DNA of 59,511 nucleotides from a virus (Duplodnaviria; Caudoviricetes): IMG/VR virus record IMGVR_UViG_3300003332_000138, positions 1 to 59,511 of that record; one strand, 5' to 3'. Shown piece by piece: positions 9,072 to 17,415 of this stretch (position 1 is its first letter; each line of letters starts with the position of its first letter). The notes under the pieces were generated by a model. It saw only the letters and a program-made list of their open reading frames with translations, ran no database searches and was not told where the DNA came from. The position numbers and the translations under genes were made by a program.

Positions 9072-9575
9072 ATGGAATGTGCATGTGATGTAGATGTCGA
9101 TGTGGACACTTTTTCAGAGACTTTAGTGAATGAAAAGCGTGTGGCCAGGAAGCTCCATAAGTGTGGTGAGTGCAGTGGTGATATCCAAACAGGTGACGCA
9201 TACGAATATTACAGAGGCGCTTGTGAGGGTGATATTTTCACTAACAAGACATGTCTTGATTGTCTGAGCATTCGAGAGGTTTTCTTTACCGGTGGATATT
9301 ACTTTGGTCAGATTTTAGAGAATTTTAGAGAGTTTATTAGCGAAACTCAGGGGCAAATATCTGAGGATTGCATTTCCAAGCTAACTCCTAAAGCACAAGA
9401 AATGGTCTGCGAAGACATTGACGAAATGTGGCTAGAATACTGGCTTAACAACCCTACGCACCCGGCTGTTCGATTTGAACTTATGCTGAAAGAACCGCCA
9501 TACTGGAATCGTCCTGGTTGGATGTACTACCGACAAAAGGAAATTGCCATGATGGACTCTGCGGTGTTTGCATGA
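9072..9575 (+). CDS. Zn-ribbon phage hypothetical protein
   Basis: ARK.HKC.EC...I..GD.Y...KTC..C; GGAGG SD. Confidence 0.65.
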   Translation: MECACDVDVDVDTFSETLVNEKRVARKLHKCGECSGDIQTGDAYEYYRGACEGDIFTNKTCLDCLSIREVFFTGGYYFGQILENFREFISETQGQISEDCISKLTPKAQEMVCEDIDEMWLEYWLNNPTHPAVRFELMLKEPPYWNRPGWMYYRQKEIAMMDSAVFA

Positions 9576-9802
9576 AAAGAATGAAATATGCCATTGAACA
9601 AAGGATGCGGTTTATTGATTTTCTTCTCAACCAATATGGAGAGATAGGTCGGAGTGCACTGGTGGACTATTTTGGGATATCCACTCCACAGGCAACAAAG
9701 GATTTTCGAAGCTATATGAGCCTGGCTCCAGACAACATGAGATATGTAACTACCAGGAAAAGATATGTCCGAAATCCTGAGTTTGTGCGGGTGTATGCAT
9801 AA
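9572..9802 (+). CDS. Stand-alone winged-HTH resembling the N-terminal domain of CapW/BrxR WYL repressors
   Basis: EQRMRFIDFLL...G.I.RS.L..YFGIS.PQA.KD...Y..LAP.NM.Y pattern; no WYL domain follows. Confidence 0.75.
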   Translation: MKRMKYAIEQRMRFIDFLLNQYGEIGRSALVDYFGISTPQATKDFRSYMSLAPDNMRYVTTRKRYVRNPEFVRVYA

Positions 9803-9815
9803 CACAGGTGAGCAA

Positions 9816-10190
9816 ATGGAACAATACTACCTACAAGACAATAGGAGTTATGTCGGAAACGATATTCTTTGGTGGGCAAAAGATGGGAGAGGGTATACCA
9901 CCGACTTGAGCAAAGCCCATGTGTATACCAAGGACGAGGCAATCTCTCAGCACCAGAGCAGGGAAACAGATATTCCTTGGCCGAAAGAGTACGTGGATCA
10001 AAAAACACGTCCTACTGTTGATATGCAGTATGTCAGGATTAAAGAAGCTTTGAAAGGGACAGGCGTAAAGCTGATAAAGCCAAAACCACCACAGAAAAAT
10101 GTTTGTAATTGCCATGGATGTGGCCGCTTTTTAAGTGAATTTGACGCTTATAATGGTTGCCCAAAATGTGGAGCTGATAATAGCCATTGA
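9816..10190 (+). CDS. Conserved phage hypothetical protein with C-terminal Zn ribbon
   Basis: YYLQD.RSYVGN..LWW...G.GYTTDL.KAHVY; CxxC..CxxC. Confidence 0.7.
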   Translation: MEQYYLQDNRSYVGNDILWWAKDGRGYTTDLSKAHVYTKDEAISQHQSRETDIPWPKEYVDQKTRPTVDMQYVRIKEALKGTGVKLIKPKPPQKNVCNCHGCGRFLSEFDAYNGCPKCGADNSH

Positions 10191-10268
10191 GTCGTACTAC
10201 AAGTGTAGAGACAACCGGTTTGTGTATCATAAATCGCGAAATACGAGACACAAAGGAGTTTGTGATCA

Positions 10269-10553
10269 ATGAGTGAGACACAAAATGAAGGAAAAGTGTA
10301 CGAAATAACTTACTCGATAAAAGGCGGCACTTACGACGATGGAATCAGAGTGAATGGGGTATTCCTTTTCAGTGTTGTTATGCGCAGGGTGTACAGGGCA
10401 ATAGTTGATGGACGGAAAGACCATGCATTTTATATCAGAGATCATCTTCTAGACCTTGGTTTTGAACACACACGTCGGCAAATAAGCAATGCCCTACAGT
10501 CATTAAAACACAAAGGCCTGCTGAAATATAATGGCAGATGGAATGCCGTGTAA
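10269..10553 (+). CDS. Hypothetical protein, possible C-terminal wHTH
   Basis: AAGGAG SD; RRQISNALQSLKHKGLL. Confidence 0.55.
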   Translation: MSETQNEGKVYEITYSIKGGTYDDGIRVNGVFLFSVVMRRVYRAIVDGRKDHAFYIRDHLLDLGFEHTRRQISNALQSLKHKGLLKYNGRWNAV

Positions 10554-10581
10554 CGCTGTGGCTCAGTTGTCCAGGGGAGAA

Positions 10582-11019
10582 ATGAAAATGGATGAGAATA
10601 TTTGTAGTGTTGATGGAGAATCAGTTTGCCACGAGGGTGGTAGGTGTTCATTTTGCTATATCGGAACTGGTGGTGTTATTGGAAAACCACCTACCCCTTT
10701 GGGGTCTACTGAAGCTGGTTTGTGCTGTGCTGATTGCGGCGTTACTGGTGATTACTGTGGCTACCACCAGCTTGGTAGCCAGAAAATAAGCTTATGCGTT
10801 ACCTGTGCCGAGAGGGAAGTGACTGTTTGGCACATTACTCTGGCCGATGAGGATAGTGGCGGGATTGTCCACCAGACCATTAACAAAGCTATTGAAACCA
10901 TGACAGTGATTATACGGGAAATGGAAAATCAAGACGATGACAGCGACAGCTACAGTATTCATAAACAAAAAATGAGCAGGTTGGAAGTTGTGACCATGCC
11001 AGAGTTTCAGGGATTTTAA
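10582..11019 (+). CDS. Cys-rich hypothetical protein
   Basis: GGAG SD; several CxxC. Confidence 0.55.
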   Translation: MKMDENICSVDGESVCHEGGRCSFCYIGTGGVIGKPPTPLGSTEAGLCCADCGVTGDYCGYHQLGSQKISLCVTCAEREVTVWHITLADEDSGGIVHQTINKAIETMTVIIREMENQDDDSDSYSIHKQKMSRLEVVTMPEFQGF

Positions 11020-11382
11020 ATGAAAACTGAAAAACTAATGGAAGGAACATGGACGCTAGTTGCCCCAAATGGCAACAGGTATCATGCAGATTCTCCTTTA
11101 AAATGCTGCCGTTCGGAACAGTCAACAAGAGTTCCAGATGAGATTGCGCTACAGCGATTGGCCGATTTTATGGAAGAGGACGAGTGGGTTAGCGTGAAAA
11201 CAAAGCCAACAAAAGACATGCTTGAACATGGTGACTGGGGCGCTTTCTGGTGCTTTTTTGCTAGTGAAGAATTTGGTGAAAATAAGCAAGGCATAAGGAT
11301 CTTCACAGAAGGATCAGGGTGGAATGATGATGGCGTTACCCACTGGATGCCATTACCTGCTGCACCGAAAGGAAGAACATGA
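11020..11382 (+). CDS. DUF551-domain protein
   Basis: EWVSVK..P ... VTHWMPLP..P signature. Confidence 0.8.
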   Translation: MKTEKLMEGTWTLVAPNGNRYHADSPLKCCRSEQSTRVPDEIALQRLADFMEEDEWVSVKTKPTKDMLEHGDWGAFWCFFASEEFGENKQGIRIFTEGSGWNDDGVTHWMPLPAAPKGRT

Positions 11383-11639
11383 AATGCCCAAAGTGTGCAA
11401 AAGAGTTTGAGGAATGCCCTCAGTGCAGAAGCCAATACCCTCATCAAGAATGTTTGAAGGATGAAATGTGCCACGATTGCATGATTCTTGATGCTAAAGA
11501 AAATGACTACGACTCGTTGGGGCATAGTAATCCTCAAGGAAATACGCAGTGCGGAAAACTTGGACGAATGCACAGGTGGAAAAGATATAACTGGGACAAA
11601 ACACTTTGTTTATATCCTGGTTGCAATGCCAGATGTTAG
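11379..11639 (+). CDS. Cys-rich hypothetical protein
   Basis: MKCPKC..ECPQC; ATGA coupling. Confidence 0.55.
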   Translation: MKCPKCAKEFEECPQCRSQYPHQECLKDEMCHDCMILDAKENDYDSLGHSNPQGNTQCGKLGRMHRWKRYNWDKTLCLYPGCNARC

Positions 11640-11672
11640 GGCAGAATAATAAATTTAAGGCGAATTTTAAAA

Positions 11673-11900
11673 ATGGCTAAAGCGGATAAAATAGACCCTG
11701 CAGATAAAAAATACTGCATCTATTTCAACGATTGCAAAGATGGCGAGAGTTGCCCAGAAGCTGCGACTCTTGAAGCCATGAGGAAACTAGCCAGCCAACG
11801 AAAAACCTTGCATGGTCACGATTGTTACCGTGACCGTCCCTCCTGTTTTATTCCTACATCGAGATATCATGTCACCAATGAAACCTGCCGTAGGCGATAA
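11673..11900 (+). CDS. Hypothetical protein
   Basis: ORF in operon orientation. Confidence 0.45.
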   Translation: MAKADKIDPADKKYCIYFNDCKDGESCPEAATLEAMRKLASQRKTLHGHDCYRDRPSCFIPTSRYHVTNETCRRR

Positions 11901-12044
11901 GCGTAAGTGTATGATGCAAAAGGATATGATGATGCCAAGAAAGTGGTGCGAACTGGCTCAACAGAGGGATATTTGCAAAGGCTGCAAGTACTCCGAGCAA
12001 AGAGAGAAAAGCAGGTACCAACTCAAGAAAAAGGATTGTGATCA

Positions 12045-12932
12045 GTGAATAGTGATATACGAATTTCGACAGCCTTTTTTGCACACCGAAAGACCAGGCG
12101 GCTGGAAATGGTACTTGGTGCGGAAGGGGTGATGGCCCTGGTAAAGTTATGGGTTAATGTGGCTATTTTGAAACCAAAAGGTGAGCTTGTCGGGTGGGAT
12201 AGTATCGATATTTCTCTCACTGCAGAATACAAAGGTGATCATGAGGAGCTTGCTAAAACTTTAGTTGATATTGGCTTTCTTGATCATGATGGAAATATCT
12301 ATTCTGTCCACAATTGGAACAAACATCAGCCATGGGCATCGGATGCTGATTCAAGGAGTATCAATGCTGCAAAAAATCAAGTTCTCCGCTGGTGTTTAAA
12401 GAAAATCCCAAACAAAAAAGCTCGTGAAGATTTTAAGGAGTGGTACAGGTCTTACAGTTTTCAAAAGGGTGACAATACGGAAACCATACTAACCGTATAC
12501 GACTCGTATACGGGCGGTATACCAAACGTATACGGGTCGAATACTAATAGTAATACTCCATCTCCATCTCCATCTCCATCTCCATCTCCATCTCCAAAAG
12601 ATATAGATATAGGGAAATTTGAAAAGTGCCGTCCTGAATGGATTTCTTCGGAGTTGTGGAATGAAATTATTGTCAGCAGAATTGCTAAAAAATTACAGAA
12701 CACGGCACTTGCCTTGAAGACGTTTACAAATTCTCTCAAGAATGGTGTTGATGCCGGCTACTCTATCGAGACTTGCGTAGGGGAATATGTAGCCGCTAAA
12801 TGGGAACGGTTTGATCATTCGTGGATAAAAAAAGGAGACAACAATGGTAATGGCAACAGCAAACAACGCGGTACCGGATTTGTTGAGGCAGGCCGCAACA
12901 GGGACTGGCTTGGTGAATCAGCAGTGCGATAA
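12045..12932 (+). CDS. Phage replication initiator (O-like)
   Basis: H.K..RL...LG...LW...G.L N-terminus, IHNW-like motif, internal iterons, PS linker, upstream of DnaC-like gene. Confidence 0.8.
   Translation: MNSDIRISTAFFAHRKTRRLEMVLGAEGVMALVKLWVNVAILKPKGELVGWDSIDISLTAEYKGDHEELAKTLVDIGFLDHDGNIYSVHNWNKHQPWASDADSRSINAAKNQVLRWCLKKIPNKKAREDFKEWYRSYSFQKGDNTETILTVYDSYTGGIPNVYGSNTNSNTPSPSPSPSPSPSPKDIDIGKFEKCRPEWISSELWNEIIVSRIAKKLQNTALALKTFTNSLKNGVDAGYSIETCVGEYVAAKWERFDHSWIKKGDNNGNGNSKQRGTGFVEAGRNRDWLGESAVR
12483..12545. repeat. Probable replication origin: 11-bp phased CGTATACG-type iterons
   Basis: CGTATACG at 12494, 12505, 12527; GGTATACC at 12516; degenerate copies at 12483 and 12538. Confidence 0.75.
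12558..12596 (+). repeat. (CCATCT)6 tandem repeat encoding PSPSPS linker
   Basis: Directly visible. Confidence 0.9.
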
Positions 12933-13617
12933 ACATAGGGTTCAGCTTTACAGGATCCCCAGCGGAAAAGTGATCTGTGAAGAGTGCGAGGGGGAAAAAA
13001 AAGAAGCAAACATGAAAGCCAGAATTGCAACCCGCCTGGAGGAGGACAAGATGGCGGCTGTCAGAAACGCTTACAGTGCTCTTGGGTTACCAGCCAGGCT
13101 GGCACGCTGCAGTTTTGCCAGTTACATGGAAGCCAATCATTCCAGGGAACATAAGGAAAAATGTTTGCAGTACGTCAAGCAGTGGCCTGATGTCGGTGGC
13201 ATTGTGATGCTTGGCAGTGTAGGAACCGGCAAAACTCACCTGGCTGTTTCTATTTGTAAAAGCCTTTGTGAGCAGGCGGTTACGTGCAAAATATCCACTG
13301 TAACGAAAATTATAAGAGAGATTCGCTCGAGCTGGAAAAAAAACGGCAACAATACGGAAGCCGAAATTATAGCGAGGTATGCGGGTATAGGGCTGTTGGT
13401 GATTGATGAGGTGGGCTCGCAGTACGGATCTGATTCGGAACGGATATCTATCACTGAAATAATCAACGACAGGTACGAGCGGATGCACCCGACGATTCTG
13501 ATCGGTAATGTGACATTGCCTGAGCTTACGGAGCTGATGGGGGAACGAGTTGTGGACCGGGTTGCTCAGGATGGTTTTACCCTTGTTTTTGACTGGGAAT
13601 CTTTTCGGAGATCATAA
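12913..13617 (+). CDS. DnaC/IstB-like ATPase (helicase loader)
   Basis: Walker A GSVGTGKTHLA, Walker B LLVIDEVG, IINDRY, R..DR; start uncertain. Confidence 0.9.
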   Translation: MNQQCDKHRVQLYRIPSGKVICEECEGEKKEANMKARIATRLEEDKMAAVRNAYSALGLPARLARCSFASYMEANHSREHKEKCLQYVKQWPDVGGIVMLGSVGTGKTHLAVSICKSLCEQAVTCKISTVTKIIREIRSSWKKNGNNTEAEIIARYAGIGLLVIDEVGSQYGSDSERISITEIINDRYERMHPTILIGNVTLPELTELMGERVVDRVAQDGFTLVFDWESFRRS

Positions 13618-13651
13618 GGCGTAAAAAAGGGATACAAAATTGTAATCCATC

Positions 13652-13724
13652 CTAAAGCGGGGAATACACGGCAGTAAACATGGGGTAAAAGCGGAGTAAA
13701 CACGGATATAAGTTGGTAAACAGG
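13652..13724 (+). repeat. 11-bp phased GTAAAC-type direct repeats upstream of recombinase
   Basis: GTAAA at 13674, 13685, 13696; degenerate at 13652, 13663; further copy at 13716. Confidence 0.55.
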
Positions 13725-13731
13725 GGGAGTA

Positions 13732-14349
13732 ATGAAGGGTTCAAGGCCGTTAAGTGGTAATGAAATAAAAAGGTTACGTGAAATGTTCAAGGGAAAAATG
13801 GGGCCTCGAAATCTGGCATTGTTCCTCTTGGGAGCTAATACTGGGTTTAGGATTTCGGAGCTTTTGGCTATCACCCTGGGGGATGTTTTAAATGATGATG
13901 GCAGCATCAAGGATGTTCTCACGGTTTCCAAGCGATTTGTGAAGGGCAAGAAAGAGAGTCGTTCAGTGCACCTGAGTGTGCACGGGAAGCGAGCTATTGC
14001 TCCATGGTTGCGAATAATGAGTCAGCGAAATTTTGTGCAGCAAGGTGACGCACTGTTTCAGCGCATAGGCGGTGGTGGTGCAATATCCAGAGGACAGGCG
14101 TGGAAGGTGCTTACTGCAGCATATCGATTAGCTGGCTTAGATGGGAAACTTGGTACTCATGCTATGCGCAAAACCTTTGCCAATAATGTGTACGATCATT
14201 TGCTTGGTCGGGCAGCAGCTGGTGAGCCAGTTGATGCTTTCCGGGAAACTTCAAAGGCCCTGGGACATAGCGATATCAGAGCCACAGACAAGTACTTGTC
14301 CTTTCGGACGGAAGATCTTGATGAAACTATTGACGCTGTAGGCGTTTAA
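13732..14349 (+). CDS. Tyrosine recombinase, essentially catalytic domain only
   Basis: GFRISEL (R), HAMRK (HxxR), LGH, TDKY (Y); 205 aa. Confidence 0.92.
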   Translation: MKGSRPLSGNEIKRLREMFKGKMGPRNLALFLLGANTGFRISELLAITLGDVLNDDGSIKDVLTVSKRFVKGKKESRSVHLSVHGKRAIAPWLRIMSQRNFVQQGDALFQRIGGGGAISRGQAWKVLTAAYRLAGLDGKLGTHAMRKTFANNVYDHLLGRAAAGEPVDAFRETSKALGHSDIRATDKYLSFRTEDLDETIDAVGV

Positions 14350-14359
14350 GGAAAGGGTT

Positions 14360-14554
14360 ATGGCAAAAAAAAACGAGCAGAAATTAACGGCTGAGGATTT
14401 GCGAGTGCGCTTCCAGTGCGACACAGTGGAGACTGTTTATGTCTGGGCCAAGCGGTACAGAGAGATATTGCAGCCTATGAAGATTGGCCGGAAACTGTTG
14501 TTTAATATTGAGAATGTTAAAAAATTTGAAGAGCACATGAAGGTAAAAAGTTAG
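14360..14554 (+). CDS. Excisionase/RDF-like small wHTH
   Basis: LT.EDL......ETVYVW......P.KIGRKLLF pattern. Confidence 0.65.
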   Translation: MAKKNEQKLTAEDLRVRFQCDTVETVYVWAKRYREILQPMKIGRKLLFNIENVKKFEEHMKVKS

Positions 14555-15387
14555 TGAAACATTTTATCAGCAAGGTGTGTCCGATTACTGGTGGCGTACC
14601 AACCACCATGGACAAAGAATATTTTGACAAGATGTGTAAATTTCACCAGAACCAGAAGTATAAGAACGGATCGCAAAAGGGCGAGGTTATACGCTTTCAC
14701 TGTGCTGAGGTTTGCCGGGGAAAGGTGTTACCAGAAGAATTGAAAATTAAGAAAATATCAAAACTGATAAAGGAACGGAAAGAGACCATAAAAGCTATAG
14801 GAGAATGTGAAGTGGTAACTGCTAAACAAAAAATGATCGAAGCTAATTTTGAAATCTGCGAGGATATTCTAAAAAAGACTGTAGATGTTCTCGGATTAAA
14901 AAAAATAGATGTGAATGACATCCCTAGCCTGGTGGGTAAGCTTGTAAAGGAGCGGGATGAGGCAATGTCAATCCTTGAGGATCTCAACTCTACCCTGTCT
15001 GATGATCGTCCCTTTGAATTTGTCGTGAACGAAGCCAGATTAGACGGTCAATATGCCAGTTTGACCTTTGTCCTTAATGAAGCATTCCAGCAGGCATCTG
15101 GAGGAAAGGGGAAAGAGCGGCACGCCAATGATGGCGAACCTTTTGAAGAACAGAAAATCTGTACGATTACCAGAAGCGTTGGTCTTGGTTATCCCCTTGG
15201 CCAGGCAATGAAGAAAACAGAGGAGTCATTACGCCTGGGTGTGCGTGGCTTGCCAGAGCTACTGGGGGCTATAAATTATCTTTGCGCTGGCTACATTGTT
15301 ATGAAAGAGGGGTTTGATGGTGAGAGATTAGATATCCTCGATCGTTATGAAGAAAATGATCCTCAACAGGACAATAAAGCGGCATGA
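14554..15387 (+). CDS. Hypothetical protein with conserved phage C-terminal domain (GKGKERHA)
   Basis: QASGGKGKERHA...GQAMKK..E...ELLGAINY. Confidence 0.6.
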   Translation: MKHFISKVCPITGGVPTTMDKEYFDKMCKFHQNQKYKNGSQKGEVIRFHCAEVCRGKVLPEELKIKKISKLIKERKETIKAIGECEVVTAKQKMIEANFEICEDILKKTVDVLGLKKIDVNDIPSLVGKLVKERDEAMSILEDLNSTLSDDRPFEFVVNEARLDGQYASLTFVLNEAFQQASGGKGKERHANDGEPFEEQKICTITRSVGLGYPLGQAMKKTEESLRLGVRGLPELLGAINYLCAGYIVMKEGFDGERLDILDRYEENDPQQDNKAA

Positions 15388-15692
15388 GTTCGGATAAAAT
15401 ATACGATTGTGCCTTTTATTTTAAATGTGCCAGAAATAAGGGCAAAATACTACATGATAATCGACCTAATACACATGTTGAGCTGTTTGGAGCATATCAG
15501 TTTAGAAGAAAACACAAAAGAGCGGCAAGGAATTTTTCTCCAAGGCTTCCTTACCGGCCAGCAGATCAGAATGTTTTTTATGATACCATGTATCGCCTGA
15601 AGATTAATGACGTTTGGTACCGCCCGGGGAAAGCGAAGTACGTGTTTATTACTAAACGGGAAGTTATAGAAGTTCTTCTTGGGATTTTGTGA
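15384..15692 (+). CDS. Hypothetical protein
   Basis: ATGA coupling. Confidence 0.5.
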   Translation: MSSDKIYDCAFYFKCARNKGKILHDNRPNTHVELFGAYQFRRKHKRAARNFSPRLPYRPADQNVFYDTMYRLKINDVWYRPGKAKYVFITKREVIEVLLGIL

Positions 15693-15982
15693 GGGTTATT
15701 ATGAGTCTCGTTTTTTATGAAAAACTTGAAGCAGGTGACGTTATAGGTGGCCTTGAAATACTCGGACACTCACACACCGACAGTGGCGGTAATCGATGGA
15801 TGAATGTTCTTTGTCATTGTGGGGAAGAATTTAAGGCATCATCTTGGAGACTAAAAAAGCAACACACAAAAAGCTGTGGTTGTTTGGTTAGAAAGATGTG
15901 CTCTTTGAGAAATATCAACACTCCGTACAAGGATAGATGTAAAAGTGCCAAAAAAGGTTGGAAAACGAGAAGGGACACATAA
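15689..15982 (+). CDS. Zn-binding domain typical of phage HNH/AP2 protein N-termini, without nuclease domain
   Basis: W...CHCG.......L....TKSCGC. Confidence 0.6.
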   Translation: MRVIMSLVFYEKLEAGDVIGGLEILGHSHTDSGGNRWMNVLCHCGEEFKASSWRLKKQHTKSCGCLVRKMCSLRNINTPYKDRCKSAKKGWKTRRDT

Positions 15983-16039
15983 TGTTTGAATTAACCTTTA
16001 ACTTGTTGATGCCAGTAATTTTAATACAGGGAAAATAAT

Positions 16040-16417
16040 ATGACACCAGAACAAAAAGCAAGAGATATGCTGGAAAGGATGGGAATCAAAGGGGCGCAGG
16101 AGATGACTGCAGGTAGTCTTGTTGAACTCGCTAATCTTATTAGTTCACATAGTGCGAAAGACAAGATTGCTGACTGTACTGATTTACAGTATCTGTCATT
16201 TGAACAGATGATGCAAAAATACCCTGGAATAGAAAAGGCTATGGATTTGGCTTTAGAGCTTAGGAGTCATTGCCGTACTTATAATTTGCCTGCAGATATG
16301 GAACTTAATGGCGTCTCTTGGAATGCAACAGCGCTGAGAGAACGTGGTTTTCAAAGAGGGCAGCAGTTCGCGCGTGACAGAGTTTGTTCCTGTTTGAACT
16401 TGAAATGTGTAGAATGA
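16040..16417 (+). CDS. Hypothetical protein
   Basis: ORF with purine-rich upstream region. Confidence 0.55.
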   Translation: MTPEQKARDMLERMGIKGAQEMTAGSLVELANLISSHSAKDKIADCTDLQYLSFEQMMQKYPGIEKAMDLALELRSHCRTYNLPADMELNGVSWNATALRERGFQRGQQFARDRVCSCLNLKCVE

Positions 16418-16431
16418 GGGTGGTGTGTTAA

Positions 16432-16644
16432 GTGAGCAATACAATGATAAAAAGGCGTAGCCCGAAGGAAAAGATACTAGCCAAGATAGATGCGGAACTT
16501 GATGAAGTCCCCACGAAAAAGCTCACCGGTTCATTGTTGTTCAGGGTTGACTGCAGCCAGGGTGGATTATTAAAACTGAATATAACTACTGATGAAAATG
16601 TAGATATTTCTAATGGTAAATCAGAGGAAAGAAAAAGAAATTGA
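16432..16644 (+). CDS. Small protein, candidate late-gene regulator (tentatively YezD/DUF2292-like)
   Basis: Helix then TGSLLFRVDCSQGGL hairpin; last early gene, stop overlaps -35 of late promoter. Confidence 0.55.
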   Translation: MSNTMIKRRSPKEKILAKIDAELDEVPTKKLTGSLLFRVDCSQGGLLKLNITTDENVDISNGKSEERKRN

Positions 16645-16781
16645 CAAAAAGAACAGAGTAACGGATAATACCGACAATTGAATAACACTTACGGTTACTG
16701 ACAAACCCCGTTCACAATCCGGGGGATTTTGAGGCCCGTTCCTTTAGCGCAAATGCGTTTGAGGGACGGGCCTTTTTTTTT
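16641..16781 (+). promoter_or_regulatory. Late leader 1: promoter TTGACA-N17-GATAAT, hairpin GGTT-ACTGACA-AACC, terminator 16732-16781
   Basis: AGGCCCGTTCCT...AGGGACGGGCCT plus T tract before terS. Confidence 0.8.
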
Positions 16782-16791
16782 GGTTTTTTTT

Positions 16792-17415
16792 ATGGCGAAG
16801 AAGAAAAACACACGGAAGAAAAAAACAAAACAAAAAGTTTTGGATTGGGAAGGGATTGAGCGGGAGTATTGCGCCAATCAAATCTCGATCAAAGAGATAG
16901 GCCGGAGGTTCGGTTGTTCTGATACTGCCATATCAAAAAAAGCGAAGGAAAATGGATGGAAACGAACGCTCGCTAACCGAGTGAGAGCAAGGGTTAAAGA
17001 AGAGTTGGTTCGTGGCGAGGTTTGCGAGGAGGTTTGCGGTGAGGTTTGCGGGAACAACGCAAACGAAAAAGAGATTGTTGAACATGCCGCTAAGCGTGGT
17101 GCTGAAGTTATCCGGCTGCATCGAAAAGATGTCCAGAAGATGCGGGATATGGAAGAGAAACTTCTGGGTGAGCTGGGTGATGATCCTACTAAGGTTCATG
17201 TCTCTCAGTACAAAGGTGAAATCTATACGAAGACGCTTAGCCTTACCGTTTCGGAGAAGGCTGGTGCTTTGCAGGCTCTGGCCAATGTGCAGCATAAGCG
17301 GATCCAGCTTGAACGACAGGCGTATAACCTGAATGATGGTGAAGAGGTGAGTGATAATCCTCTTACTGGGCTTTTGAAGAGTCTCGATAGTGGCGGCTTG
17401 CCAAGTAATGAGTGA
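16792..17415 (+). CDS. terS: Terminase small subunit
   Basis: DWE.IE.EY......EI...FG.SD.AI.KKAK..GW.R HTH; LERQAYNL; upstream of TerL. Confidence 0.85.
   Translation: MAKKKNTRKKKTKQKVLDWEGIEREYCANQISIKEIGRRFGCSDTAISKKAKENGWKRTLANRVRARVKEELVRGEVCEEVCGEVCGNNANEKEIVEHAAKRGAEVIRLHRKDVQKMRDMEEKLLGELGDDPTKVHVSQYKGEIYTKTLSLTVSEKAGALQALANVQHKRIQLERQAYNLNDGEEVSDNPLTGLLKSLDSGGLPSNE

Noticed and set aside
12483-12596. Repeats as a CRISPR or mini-array
   Set aside because: Unit is 11 or 6 bp with no spacers, and there are no cas genes.
13732-14349. Recombinase as the prophage integrase or a separate inserted element
   Set aside because: No arm-binding domain, far from att, no flanking target duplication seen, co-oriented within the early operon.
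15689-15982. Mobile homing endonuclease
   Set aside because: Only the Zn-binding N-terminal-type domain is present; no HNH motif.
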